Shown here piece by piece: positions 12,955 through 27,774 of a DNA stretch of 64,000 nt (position 1 is the first letter of the stretch; each line of letters starts with the position of its first letter). Position numbers and translations under genes: made by a program. The notes beneath the pieces are model-generated. The model worked only from the letters and a program-made list of their open reading frames with translations, was not told the DNA's origin and ran no database searches. Source of the stretch: Octopus sinensis (taxonomy: Eukaryota); assembly GCF_006345805.1 (NCBI RefSeq), contig NC_043018.1:29512001-29576000 (forward strand). The letters are read 5' to 3'.

Positions 12955-13444
12955 ATGCATATCTAATGATATGCATAAGATCTGGTCATCAAATCTAAGT
13001 AGAGATTTCAAACTTAAAATCTTCAAAGACACAGTCGAACCAATTCTACTATATGGCTCAGAAACCTGGATGTTATCAAAGAAGCTTGAGAGGCGGTTGG
13101 ATGGAACTTACACTCACCTCCTCATGAGAGCACAAAATCTCTCGTGGAAGCGTCATCCAAGTTCAAATATATGGGAAACTACCACCTGTATCATCTCTTG
13201 TGAAAGGTAGAAAAGTCCAGTATGCTGGACATTGTTGTAGAGCTGAAAACGAGTTAATTTCTACTCTTCTCCTCTGGAAGCCATCTGCTCGCGATACCAG
13301 AGAGCGTACAGTCTCCTACCCTGATGTAATCTCCAGGGATACAGGCATCCGGCAACAGAACCTCCGTAATGGTATGATGGACCGGGAAGTCTGGCGTAAC
13401 ATAGTAAATTGCATTGTCTCGACCACGGTCGAACGATGATGATG
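12955..13444 (+). mobile_element. RTE-clade LINE 3' fragment
   Basis: KIWSSNLSRDFKLKIFKDTVEPILLYGSETW..RRLDG..; YAGHCCR..LLLWKP..MMDREVWR; (GAT)n tail. Confidence 0.85.
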
Positions 13445-13479
13445 AAATCTATCCAACTACACCAAGAAGCTGGTTAAAA

Positions 13480-13830
13480 TCCAGTTTTTACTTCAGGTTC
13501 CATATCCAAAATGTAGGACAAGCGATCATGTCCTGCTCCTATTTTCTGTTCTGCGTTTTCTGTAACAGTTCCACTTTCTCATGTTTTGATGCGTCTGTCT
13601 TCCAACCAGTTCGTCAAGCTTGATATCCATATCAGGCCTTGCATACTTCTGCTTCTTTTCCTTTCAATCTTTCGAGTCATCGCTAAATTCTCCGGACTCT
13701 CTTTCCTCATCACATGACCAAACAACTGGGATTTCTACTTACGAAGTTGTTTCTTATTTATTGCACTTCTTCATTAGACACATTGTTAGTCCATGCTATC
13801 TTCAATACTCTTGTGAAGAAAAACATTTCG
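13480..13830 (-). mobile_element. Decayed RTE-clade LINE 3' fragment
   Basis: Minus strand LKIAWTNNVSNEEV, followed by a degenerate RTE C-terminus. Confidence 0.55.
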
Positions 13831-14197
13831 CGAGCCGAATACAGAAACCATTATACCACGGGCCCTCATATATAAACAATATATAAGTTTAAAAAATATA
13901 ATGAATTGCACAAACAAACGAAAAACTGACACATGGGATCACCAACACCTCATCACTTATCGGCCACAGGTTCAAATACATTTTCACGTTGAATCCCTTT
14001 TGGTGTCGCCGGCAAAAAAAAGAAAAAAACAACTGCCGGGTGGGACCAAAAGAAAACAGAACACAAACCAGGAAACAAGAACTGATAAGCATGCAATACA
14101 GAGCTCGACGTACGAACATGAATAAATGTGACGAGACCATTAGTGGAAGGGCGAGGGACAAAGGCGAAATAAACAGAATAAGGTTTTTGGGCCACAC

Positions 14198-14248
<51 letters not shown>

Positions 14249-14273
14249 CGTGTGTGCACACACATATATATAT

Positions 14274-14339
<66 letters not shown>

Positions 14340-14677
14340 CGTATATATATACACACACTACACAGACACATAGAGATTGTATTTACGTATATTATACATA
14401 TTTATGTGAATTCGTACGCATATATACACTGCGTATAGTTAGGCTTAATTCCGTAATAGATATATATAAATGTATATCTTACAAAGTGGGGCACTTGTAC
14501 GCTATGTGACCCTTGAGTATATTTTAAATAAATTTACATTTACAACAATTTATGGTGTAAAATGAAGTCGATATTTCAAAACTGCAGAATACACAGCTAT
14601 AATAACGTTTGAAACATGAGTGGTCTGTATAAAGACGCTCAGGCTAAAATGTAGGCTAAGTATAAGTATGCAATTTA

Positions 14678-14713
<36 letters not shown>

Positions 14714-14984
14714 CACTCACTCACACTCACACACACACACTCTTGTTTAGCAACTGATTTTATATCCGAAAGGGTCTGTATCTTTTCGTTACTCCTCTGC
14801 TTCAACACTAATGTGTATAAATGGAATATGTTTCTCATTATGTGGAGTAGCTGAGTGAAAAGTGCGTTATTGGTGATGCCTATCTAAACGTGATATATAA
14901 CGCAGTATATGAAATTGCGCGGAAAGACCGTGGCCTTACGGTTCGCGATCATAACGTCGTGGTTTCGATTCCCGCACAGGAGTA

Positions 14985-15396
14985 TCTCTTTTACTCTTTT
15001 ACTTGTTTCAGTCATTTGACTTCAGCCATGCTGGAGCACCGCCTTTAATCGAGCAACTCGACCCCGGGACTTATTCTTTTGTAAGCCCAGTACTTATTCT
15101 ATCGGTCCCTTTTGCCGAACCGCTAAGTAACGGGGACATAGACACACCAGCATCGGTTGTCAAGCAATGCTAGGGGGACAAACACAGACACACAAACACA
15201 CACACACATACATATATATATATACAGATATACGACGGGCTTCTTTCAGTTTCCGTCTACCAAATCCACTCACAAGGCTTTGGTCGGCCCGAGGCTATAG
15301 TGGAAGACACTTGCCCAAGGTGCCACGCAGTAGGACTGAACCCGAAACCATGTGGTTGGTAAACATGCTACTTACCACACAGCCACTCCTGCGCCT
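14985..15396 (-). mobile_element. SINE family B copy
   Basis: Full-length reverse complement of 11901-12295. Confidence 0.9.
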
Positions 15397-15679
15397 ATGT
15401 GTTGTGTCATTGAGAAAAACATTTCCTTTTACGTTGCTGTATTCCTCTCAGTTAAAAATATGTTCCTGCTAAAGCTAGAGATTTCCCCCTCCGACGAACC
15501 AGTGTCACTTTCGTTTGGAAGAAATGATATAACATCGTGAGAAATAGAAACAGGGCTGAGCTGTGATTTTATGAGTTCTAGGGGTTCGTGTCAGACCTAA
15601 GTAACATGAAATTGTGAAAAAATGTAGATCAAACTTCCGAGACACGCATAACAATTGATTTTTGTATGACTCTCATATA

Positions 15680-16272
<593 letters not shown>

Positions 16273-17134
16273 TATACGTGACGTGCCTAAACTAACAGGA
16301 AACACCTTCCATGGAGGAATTTTGGGTATTATATTTTTGATAATATGTTGCCTTACAGTTTCTCTTATGTTACAAGGTCGAAATAATGCGGTGGATAATA
16401 CCTTTTCTTTGCAGCAGTCACTACGTGTATGATAAGTCAAATCAGTGTGAACCATCTTTTAATTGTATCAGTTAGCGGGCTGCACCCATACTGCAGCACA
16501 ACTTTGAAGAGTTTTTTCGAGCACTTACTCTTAAAATCTGATGCTTATTCCATAAGGTTATTTTGTCGAATAGCTATGTTTCTGTGTTAAAGGGACGTAA
16601 CCCAACCAATGCAGGTTTTCAAACGATGAGGCTGAAGCATAAACACAAAGACAAACACACACATATACACAGAATTATAAATGACAGGCTTCTGCACAGT
16701 TTCCGTCTATCGAATTTACTCGCATGATATTGGTCAGACCGTGTCTCGAGATGAAGATACTTGCCTAAGGCGACGCGTGGTGGGACTGAACCTGAAACCT
16801 CATGTTTGTTACATGATCTTGTTAACCACAGTGTCTTCCCTGCGCCTATGAAGATGTTGGCGGTATGATAGTTGGTAACATGGAAGCAGTAATGTGCAAA
16901 ATAAAGAGTGGAAAGAAAAGATAAGATGATGGAGCGACAGCGAAGATTGTTCTCACACTGAGAGAGAAAAAAACCCGTATCATGAAAACTGTTCGAAATC
17001 AATTATTCAAAAAGCAATTATTCGAAAAACAGTTCATCGAAATAAATATCATTTGTGTACATAAAATCCTTTTTGTTTTCTTAATGAGATAAAAAAAAAC
17101 AAGGCTGTGTAGATTTTAGAACATTTATAAATAG

Positions 17135-17182
17135 TTCTTACAGCTGTTTCTAAGATATTTATTATATCACTTCATCGGAGAC
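17135..17182 (-). ncRNA. Type I HHR, core variant CCGAUGA
   Basis: Minus strand reads TCT CCGATGA agt GATAT aataa ATATC tta GAAA CAGCTG TA AGA. Palindromic ACAGCTGT stem III; GUA triplet. Confidence 0.65.
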
Positions 17183-17957
17183 GGTGTGAGAAGATGGTTA
17201 AGTAATAGCTAATTTAGATAAGATACTTGAATTTTAATTTTCTTTTATTTATGTTTAATAAAACAAAAAAATTAGAATAATTAACATTTCGCATAATTGT
17301 CCTTTTGAATAATTTTCATTCATATAATTTTCCATAATTAACCTTGCCCGGATTTGTGCCTGGGGTGGGGAGTAACTTTCTAGGTGCAATCCCACGGTCA
17401 GTCATGACCGAAGGGCGTCCCAATATGTGCTTGTATAAACACGTACAAAGTAATCGTTGCTGCACAATGTTTTACTATCCACAAAATTTGACCAGAAATT
17501 TGTTACAAATTTCGACATGTTTTCTAACTTTCTGACAAAGAGTTCATGGCCGGAAAGAGATAACTGAAGGGAAATTTGTTGAAGCCTATCGAACGTTATT
17601 ACTCTTTGCTAATCTTGGAATCAAAGAGAACAATTTGTTTTGGATATTATTGGGCAATAAAGATTTAAAGTAGTACTACGGAACGAAGTTTTCAAGACAG
17701 AGCTATGAAAAATCGATTGCTGTCTAGAATCCTAACTCAAATCGGTAATAATGAAGACAATCGTTAAGGGGGCGAGCTGGCACAATCGTTAACGCGCTGG
17801 ATCTTACCTTGCATCCTTTCAGGGTCGATAAATTAAGTACCAGTAGCGTACGGGGCTCGATCTAATCGACTGGCCCCCTCCCCAAAATTTCATTCCATAC
17901 GTATAGAGCAGGATCTATTTTGGTTAGTATATTATATGAATTAACTATCAACATGTT

Positions 17958-18260
17958 CACCCCTCTCCTTTACTTACGACCGAGCTCCATTCCGACTGAC
18001 TGGTCGTAAGTCGATCTAGTCGTATGTCGGATTTGTATTTCTCGAAACTATTTTCATTCGAACGCAACTGATGCACGAAGGCGACTGAGTGAGAGACAGT
18101 AGCTAGCAGTGGATGCCTGAGCCTGAGGGAGGGCTGCGTTGTAAGATGTTGCCTTAGATATCGTAACGCGTAACGTCTGAAAATCGAATTTTCTTATTAT
18201 TTTGTGGTTGTAGGTGCAGATGGTCGTAAGTCGCATAGGTTGTAAGTCGAGGAGAAGGTG
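17958..18260. mobile_element. pogo/Tigger-like MITE
   Basis: Degenerate TIRs with the (G)ACTTACGACC / GTCGTAAGTCG motif; TA at the right flank. Related end at 40400-40457. Confidence 0.55.
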
Positions 18261-20148
18261 TATATTTGTCTATACGAGTATGTAGGCTTTGTATATATGC
18301 ATGTATGTAATGACTCTTACAAAGACTTGTTTAGTTAAGTTCTTTCATGTATATTCATATATTTCTATGTGTTTATATGAATTTATATATATTTTTGCAT
18401 GAAAATTATATGAAATTAAATCTATTTTTATATGTGCATTTACATGTATTTATATCAATTTTTGTATATACTTTTATAGATGTATGTTGTTATTTTGTGT
18501 ATAATTTTCTAGTGCTTATCTGCAATTTTTATAGGTTTTGTAAGCAAAAAATTTGGGTTGAGAAAATTTTAGTACAAAATGAATTTTCCGTATAAATGTT
18601 TACCATTATTTAGTTCAGTCGTAAATTAATTGCGGGGGAAAACTCTTCTGCACTACATCACCAAGGATACCTAAAGATACTAGAGCAAATATAGAAAAGA
18701 GCGTGACACAGTAGAATGCTAGTGATGTAAGAAGATGTCAAAAGGTAATTACAAAATATAGAAAGTGGATTAAATTATTCAATTTTCTGGATAGGCTGGG
18801 GGCGGGGTGAAATAGCAGAAATGCAACGCTTCGGACAAAAACGTTTATCAGAAAAACTCTCGATGAGATATTACATCTCTCCTTTTCTCATTAAAATATA
18901 TTATTCAACATTGTAATTCATACATACATACATACATACATACATACATACATACATACATACATACATGCATACATATACATATATTTGTGTGTGAGGG
19001 TGTGTGTATATGTGTATATTTATGCAATTAAGTATGTATTTGTGTATCTATGCATGTATGTGCATGTAGGTTTGCATGTATAAGTATATTTTTTGCATAT
19101 GTGAGTATGAATATATGTATGCACGTGGATGCTCTGTGTGATAGTATTTTATATGTAAGTGGTTTACGAAACGGTCTGTTGGTAAATATGAACATATATT
19201 TGTAACTTATTTATTTAGTTGTTACTAGATAGCTTGTTAAATGTAAATAGAAGCGAAATTTATCTAAACAAAGAGAAGGAAATCAACCATGAGCAGCATT
19301 GATTTCTATACGACTGCTTATATAAGTACACACACACATTAACATGATCATAGACAAACACATATAATATGCACACAAGCATTAATATTAGAACTATTTT
19401 CTGTAACAAATACAATGCTATGTTCGAAGTGAAGCGACGCACAGAGGTGGCCATGTGGTAAGCAGTTCGGTTTGCTAACATGTGGTAAGAAGCTCGATTT
19501 GCAGCCATGTTTGGTTCAGTCCCACAGCGAAGAAATTTGCGTAGGTGTCTTCTGTGATAAGCTCCAGCCCGACCAATTCCTTGCGAGTGAAACTGACTGG
19601 CGGAAAATGTTTAGTAACTCGTTGTATATGTGATTGCGTGTGTGAGTGAGAAAAAGAGAGGGGGAGACAGGCAGACAGACAGACATACAGACAGTATAGA
19701 GAATATGTGCGTGTGTGTGTGTGTATATGTCTCCACTCAAAATGATTGCCAACGGTGGTACAGACGACCACAAATACAAAGACGCAAACACATGCTTAAA
19801 CATTCTCTCTCTCTCTCTCTCTCACACACACAAACACACGCGCGCGCACGCACACACATATATATTCTTGTCTTCTTTTATTGCTTTTCATCATTTGACT
19901 GCGGTCATGCTGGGGTACCGCCTTTAGTCGAGCAAGTCGACCCCAGGGCTTATTCTTTGTAAGCCTAGTACTTATTCTATCGGTCTCTTTTGCCGAACTG
20001 CTTTGTTACAGGGACGTAAACACACTAGCATCGGTGGTCAAGCGATGTTGGGTGGGGGTAACACACATACACACGTACATGCACACACACACACACACAG
20101 ATATATATATATATAATATATATATATATATATTATATATATATATAT

Positions 20149-20210
<62 letters not shown>

Positions 20211-20277
20211 CATACATATCTATCTATCTATCTATATATATATATATAAAGGGAGAGAGAGAGATATTGATAGATAC

Positions 20278-20328
<51 letters not shown>

Positions 20329-20465
20329 TACATATATGCATATATATTATAGGTGCATATTATATAATAGTTATATATATACATATTAACATATTATAAT
20401 ACATATCTGTGTGTGTGTGCATGTGTGTGTACAGACAGAGAGAGAGAGAGAGAGAGAGCTTGAGA

Positions 20466-20501
<36 letters not shown>

Positions 20502-21291
20502 AAGGAGAATATAAAGGAAGAGAGAGTTTTCGACTCACAGACAGACGAATTGATAAACAGAGATGTCGGTGAATAGACTTAAAATTCAGTTGTAAAAGAG
20601 ATTGCTAAAGTGATGACGGCCAAGGTGGAAAAGGGAGATAAGGAGATATCTTTTTTTTGTATATTTACGAGTGCATTGATATTTAAAATTGTTGTAATAT
20701 GTAAATTGGATAAAGGTCAATGTTTAGAAAGAAGATGGACAGAAATTGAAGTAACGTCGAGAGGAAGCATATGGTGAAAACAGGAAACATTTTGTAAAAA
20801 GGAATAAGAATTTTTTTTTCTTTTTATCTCGCAAGAATAAACATGTTTATTTGAAATTGCGCAAAACATATTTTTGAAGTACTAACGTTATCGTTAAACA
20901 CATACATATTCCTATATTTTCTGTTATACACAAACAAACACACACACACACACATACATATATACATAAATACATGCAAGTGCAAAAGCACACCCGCTCA
21001 CATACTGACGTATATAAATATCATACATTGGTACACATCAACTCATATTGTCTGATTGGTATTTAACTATTTTTCGGTTTCAAGTTAAGTTTGATTTTTT
21101 TTTTACTTTAGATTATGTTATTCATCGCTGCACTCCTAGCTGGATGGTAAAGAAACCTGCCTCCAAAAGAGGTGACAATGGGTTCAGTGCCGTTGCCCAG
21201 TACCTTCGACAGGGCCCTTTTTCAATAACCCCAATATGACCAAAGTTTCTGAATGAATTTCGAAGATGAAACTGTGTAGAAGCCTATCGTG

Positions 21292-21355
<64 letters not shown>

Positions 21356-21370
21356 GTATATTATATATAT

Positions 21371-21963
21371 ATTATATAAAAGGGCTTAGTAAAATAAATT
21401 ACTTTGCCGCATACTGAACTCATTAGAAATAGTAGCTAAAAAAAACTTTTTTAAAACTATTTCTAATACTTAAAGAAAACCTCTCTCATATAGTGTTTGC
21501 TCAATTCAACTCACGAAAGTATGGGGGTAAAGACATTAAAAAATCAAATGCAAAGGTTATTTGAGAACGTACGTTTCAAGATTAGTCAACTCGACATTTC
21601 TATCATCAGCTCAGAACTCCTTGGTTTGGATTTGAAAACACTGAAAGTGGGAGCATACCCTTTCGGCTTCTTATCGCTTCTGAAGATCTGCTCGAAACTA
21701 ACAGTGCCAGCAAACTCAAATATGCAAGCGAAGAATTTTTGCTCTCCCCTTTCCACCAGCGTGGGTTAAAATCAGCAAACACTATGCTTTTTTCGGTAAA
21801 ATCCGAGGCATTAAATAGAGAGAGATGAATTATAATTTCAACAATTGAGGGTAAAATTAATTAATTATTAATCAATTTCACCAAGTATTCAGTATGCAAA
21901 GGGACCATTTAAGGCGAATTCAAATTATTACATTATATAAAAGGGCTTAGTAAAATAAATTAC
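21371..21963 (-). mobile_element. 561-nt HHR-bearing unit with 32-bp terminal redundancy (copy 1)
   Basis: ATTATATAAAAGGGCTTAGTAAAATAAATTAC at 21371-21402 and 21932-21963. Homologous (reverse complement) to 26677-27255. Abuts (TA)n. Confidence 0.85.
21560..21615 (-). ncRNA. Type I hammerhead ribozyme, canonical core
   Basis: Minus strand reads TCTGAG CTGATGA tagaaatGTCGAgTTGACtaatctt GAAA CGTACG TT CTCAAA. Palindromic ACGTACGT stem III; GUU triplet. Confidence 0.82.
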
Positions 21964-21999
21964 AAGGGAGGTCAGTCGCTCCACACTACTTGACCGGCA

Positions 22000-22041
22000 G
22001 CTACAGACGCGTTTCGGGGTATTGCCCCTTTTCAATGCAGC
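22000..22041 (-). ncRNA. Inverted copy of the HHR at 22323-22364
   Basis: Reverse complement within the inverted A segment. Confidence 0.75.
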
Positions 22042-22322
22042 GTAGCCAGCCAGTAGGTGTCACTTCCGACAATCTCTGTTCGATGGTTTTATTTACCTAG
22101 TTTCGGTGGAATACATCCACTTTTTTCTTATTTTTATAAGAATGCCATATTAGTATGGCGATAACTATTATTTTCCGGGAACGCTGCCGCTGTTCTCTTT
22201 TAGAGAGACTTAGTAGTTTTAATATTTCTATTATTGAAAACAAGTGGATGTATTCCACCGAAACTAGGTAAATAAAACCATCGAACAGAGATTGTCGGAA
22301 GCGACACCTACTGGCTGGCTAC

Positions 22323-22364
22323 GCTGCATTGAAAAGGGGCAATACCCCGAAACGCGTCTGTAGC
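22323..22364 (+). ncRNA. Minimal type I HHR, core variant UUGAAAA
   Basis: GCTGCA TTGAAAA GGGG caata CCCC GAAA CGCGTC TGTAGC. Palindromic ACGCGT stem III; GUC triplet. Confidence 0.78.
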
Positions 22365-22601
22365 TGCCGGTCAAGTAGTGTGGAGCGACTGACCTCCCTT
22401 GTTCGAAGGTTATATGGATACAGTTTGTGTATCAAATAGCTAACTTAAGGCGATGGCCTCATGGAGCTAATAAGCGGACAGCTTTTTTCTTATTTTTATA
22501 AGAATGCCATATTAGTATGGCGATAACTATTATTTTCCGGGAACGCTGCCGCTGTTCTCTTTTAGAGAGACTTAGTAATTTTAATATTTCTATTATATAT
22601 A

Positions 22602-22654
<53 letters not shown>

Positions 22655-22892
22655 TATACAAAATGAGAAAATGGAGAAATATATCTAAATCAATCATCAA
22701 CTATCAGATAATACCGAATCATATACTTTATTAAAACACTACACAATAGCAATGAGATTAGACATTAATACAGTACAATAATTACAATCAATATGGTGAG
22801 ATATAACTAAATAACTATAACAAGATATAAAAATACATCAGTATATTGGATATATGTTATCCCATGGAGGGTTGAATTTACAACCGCTATCT

Positions 22893-22957
<65 letters not shown>

Positions 22958-23050
22958 TACGTTAGTTATCTGTTTGACAGATAACTAACAAGGAGCTGGA
23001 GACCTGTGTCTCTCTTCCATTTGATTGCGCATTTATTATGTTTTTTACTT

Positions 23051-23093
<43 letters not shown>

Positions 23094-23347
23094 AATTTTT
23101 TCAGTCGTTGAATTCAGGCCATGCTGTGGCACCGCCTAGCATAAAATCCGTGTTTGTGCTTGTTCCCGCAACATAGCAGTTTGTCAAAAGTATATGATAA
23201 AATATGTACCAGGCTTTAGAAATAATGATTGTAGTCAATTCGTTCAGCTAAATTCTTCAAGCCGGTGACCCACCATGGCTGCAGTCCAATGACTGAAGCA
23301 AGCAGGAGACAAACGATATATTTATCTCTCCTCACTCAGTTTAACAA

Positions 23348-23395
<48 letters not shown>

Positions 23396-23860
23396 GTTAC
23401 TAATACTATTACTTCCACCACCACTACCACCAATAACATTCAACAGGTCGATTACAGTGATCCCAGTGCTCAACTGGTACTTATTTCATCGACTCCAGAA
23501 AGATGAGAGGCAAAGTTGACCTCAGCGGAATTTGAACTAAGAACGTAAAGAATGACAAACATGCCGCTAAGTAGTTTTGTCGGGCTAACGATTCTGCCTG
23601 CCAGAATGGAAAAGAGAAAAATAAGATCTCTTGTCTAGTTCTGGCGGCGATACTACTTCTACTTGAATTATGTGGTTTGTGGTTGGGTCCTACTGTGCGG
23701 CGTCTGGGATATATATATTTATATATATATATACATATATATAATTAAGGGGTCCCAAATAAGGATGCCAAGTGCTAGGGACAAAAAAATGTGTCTAATT
23801 CGTCTTTTGTCCTGGGCCACTGGTAGTAATCTATGTTATTACCCTTTTTTGATTATATTC

Positions 23861-23913
<53 letters not shown>

Positions 23914-23968
23914 AGGAGGGAGAGAAAGAGAGAGAGAAGGAGGGAGAGAGAGAGAGATAGATAACTTA

Positions 23969-24260
23969 GGAAAAATAACGCCCTTTATAAATTCAACAAT
24001 GAAAAAATTAAATTATGCCATATAGAAAAAAATTACATCCTATAGAAAGAATTAAATATAAGATAAAAACATATACCAATGATTAAGTAATAGGCAAAAT
24101 AATAAATGAAACGTATATATCACCAAGTATAAACGTCTTATTTATTATTTTGCACATTACTTAATCATTGGTATAAGTTTTTATCTTATATTTAATTTTT
24201 TCTATAGGATGTAATTTAATTTAATTTTTTATTGTTGAGTTGATAAAATGTGTTTTTTCC
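23969..24260. repeat. AT-rich fold-back (about 140-bp imperfect arms) between microsatellites
   Basis: e.g. ATACCAATGATTAAGTAAT pairs with ATTACTTAATCATTGGTAT. Confidence 0.8.
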
Positions 24261-24275
24261 AATGTATATATATAT

Positions 24276-24405
<130 letters not shown>

Positions 24406-24593
24406 CAATTAATCAATATAGGGTAGCCAAAAATTCAATAGAAATTATATATTATATTTTGTGAAATTTGATTTAGTACTTCTAAATTGAATTTTTCCCT
24501 GTAAGTTTGGAATAATATTCCCTATTATTATTATTATTATTATTATTGTCATCATTATTATATATATATATATATATTTACATATATGCATGC

Positions 24594-24644
<51 letters not shown>

Positions 24645-24649
24645 TGTAT

Positions 24650-24688
<39 letters not shown>

Positions 24689-25338
24689 TACATACTCACA
24701 CAGAAACATGCGCCCCTAAACGCAACCACGCACGCTCCTCTAATAAGCAGAAATGCGTTTTTCCAGATCCCATCAATGTTAAACGCTCGACGCAAACTTT
24801 AGTGCCACCAATAGCAATAATTTTTTTAACCAGTCGCTTTTATCAGATCAATACAACAGCTATCAGTACAAAACGAAATGAAGTAGAAATTCACCTGCCA
24901 CTCTGGTTTATCATTTTAATAATACAAAAGATAAGAGATGCTTAAAGTTAATTCTTTACTAGCATGTGTGTGTGTGTGTGTGTGTGTATGTGTGCGTGCG
25001 TGTATATGTTTATATAGACATATGTGCGTTACGTTGTGACATGCCTACGTACATACAAATATATGCCTACATATTTGTTTATCTATATATAATATATACA
25101 CACACACATATATATATGTATGTATGTATTTATAAATAAATGAATAAATAGATAAATATATATATGTATCTATATATATAATCCAAGTGCATTCACTCTC
25201 ACACACACGTACGTACACAAACGTATCTCCCTCTCAATATATTTCTATATTGTGTGTGTGCGCGTGTGTGTATTCAGAGACAAAGAGAGATTTATACATA
25301 CATATATATATGCCTATATATATATATATTATATAATG

Positions 25339-25373
<35 letters not shown>

Positions 25374-26318
25374 ATATATATGCCACACATATATTTATAC
25401 ACATATTTATTCATATGCACAAATATATGCATATATATACACCATATATATATATATATATAATTATATATATATATATATATGTATGTATGATGTTTGC
25501 ATGTGCACACGCAAATGAACGCACACATACATGCACCTATGCACGTTCAATCACGTCGGAATGTATGCTGAGATTTTGCAAACCAAATCGCATTGTTCTC
25601 GGAGAAAGAAAAGTAAAAAAAAAAATAAATAAATAAAATAAATGAAATAAATAAAATAAATACAAAGAAGCATTTTCCTAGAAATAATCACAGTTGGATA
25701 CTAGTTTCATTGATTATTAATGCAGGAACATTGTGTTGTACAAGACTCACCCTTATCTAATATTTCTCCATCTTCTATAGCTTATTTCTGCTTCTAATCT
25801 TCCTTTCTCATAAAATTTTTACATATTCGTGCTTGTATTATTCCGTATATTTCTTATTGAATAATTAACTAAAATATTCTATCGCTTACTCTGTCTTTTC
25901 TGTCGCATTGTACAACAACCTCCTGTTTTGAAATATTCCTGACTATTTTCTAAAGAAATTTTCGGGAATTTGGTGAGTAAAAGGCGTAGCTGGTGGCACC
26001 ACGATTTCATAGCTCTATTGGAAAAATCTTCGTCTTTATCTCTATATGTGAAATGGCTTCTATTTGAGGCAAATCCACGAAATGTATGCCTGTGTATGGT
26101 GATGTATACACACACACAGATACGTTCACACACACACACACATGCATACGCTCGCACACACATATATATATACATTCATATGCTTTTATATATATATGCA
26201 TGTGTGTGTTTATCTAAACGTATCAGACACACGCACAAACGTATACATATGTACTCATTTATTGGACCATATCTATCTATCTATCAATTTCTCTCTCTCG
26301 CTCTCTCTCCATATAATA

Positions 26319-26373
<55 letters not shown>

Positions 26374-26493
26374 GTTATATTTATATACATATATTTATAA
26401 ATATATATATATTATATATTATATTTTAAAATATATATATATATATGTATATATATATGTATGTATATATATATATATATATATACAAGTATA

Positions 26494-26536
<43 letters not shown>

Positions 26537-26594
26537 AGGTATATATATGTATATATATGTATGTATATATATATGTATAATAATATATATATAT

Positions 26595-26640
<46 letters not shown>

Positions 26641-26676
26641 TATATATATATATATATGTATACATATATATATATA

Positions 26677-27255
26677 TTACCCTCAATTGTTGAAATTATA
26701 ATTCATTTCTCTCTATTTATGCCTCGGTTTTCACCGCAAAAATATGTGTTGCTAGTTTAGCCCACGTGGGTGGAAAGGGAGAACAGGAATTCTTCGCTTG
26801 CATATTTTGAATTTGTTGGCACTGTCAGTTTGAACGGGTCCTCTGAGGTGTTAAGTCGCCAAAAGGGTATGTTCCTACTTTCAGTGTTTCCAAATCCAAA
26901 TTAAAAATTTTGGGCTGACGAAAGAATGTCGAATTTTATTTGGCTGATCTAGAAACGTAACGTTCTCAAATAATCTTTGGACTTGTGATTTTTTAATGTT
27001 TTTTACCCCCATACCTTCGTGGGTTATTCTGAGTAAACACTATCTGAGAGAAATTTTCTTTAAGTATTAGAAATAGCTAAAAACTTTTTTGGCTGCTATT
27101 TCTAATGAGTTCAGTATGTGGCAAAGTAATTTATTTTACTAAGCCCTTTTATATTAATGTAATATTTTGAATTCGCCTTAAATGGTCCTTTTACATACTG
27201 AATACTTGGTGAAATTGATTAATAACTAATTAATTTTACCCTCAATTGTTGAAAT
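26677..27255 (+). mobile_element. 559-nt HHR-bearing unit with 20-bp terminal redundancy (copy 2, different permutation)
   Basis: TTACCCTCAATTGTTGAAAT at 26677-26696 and 27236-27255. Homologous to 21371-21963. (TA)n on both sides. Confidence 0.85.
26909..26970 (+). ncRNA. Type I hammerhead ribozyme, canonical core
   Basis: TTTGGG CTGACGA aagaatGTCGAattttatTTGGCtgatcta GAAA CGtaaCG TT CTCAAA. Confidence 0.82.
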
Positions 27256-27713
27256 ATATATATATATATATATATATGAATATATATAAATATATATATA
27301 TATATGCATGTATGCACGCTAACAGGAATAAGCTCACACACATATACATGCATACATAGTTTGCCCGTGTATCCGTGCGTTGTGTGCATGCCCAAGTATG
27401 CATGCATGTTGTCTGTGCAAGCGTACAAACCCATATGTGTAGACACTCTCTTCACCAAGTTTACAGAGTCTTTCTCAAATAACAATTCGTATTCATGAAT
27501 GTGTGTATCTTTTATTTTCGGGGAAAGGCGTATTATGTCTGGGTGTATGTGTGTTCAGTGGCTGTGTTTGACTATGTTCCTGAATGTACTGTATACTGGA
27601 GCATGCGTGAATCTGTACACACTATCAAGTATATGTGTGTGTCTGTGCCTGTGTCCGTGTCTCTGTGTGTGTATTATGAATGTATATATATGTATGTATA
27701 TATATATACACAC

Positions 27714-27774
<61 letters not shown>

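Larger units (their letters stand above)
21962..22594 (+). mobile_element. 361-nt HHR-bearing unit with about 113-bp terminal redundancy and 5' inverted segment
   Basis: Layout inv(A) 21962-22120, B 22121-22233, A 22242-22402, C, B 22482-22594, then (TA)n. Confidence 0.85.

Noticed and set aside
21680-21706. Second, opposite-polarity HHR (CTGAAGA..GAAA) in the 561-nt unit
   Set aside because: No stem II, G at the cleavage position, and the motif is not conserved in copy 2.
25887-26090. Possible minus-strand exon with GTAAGC donor
   Set aside because: Weak acceptor, no recognisable protein in any frame, no partner exons.
25970-26701. 243-aa ORF and the many YI/IY/CV/HT-rich ORFs
   Set aside because: Translations of (TA)n/(CA)n microsatellites, which lack stops; no domain.
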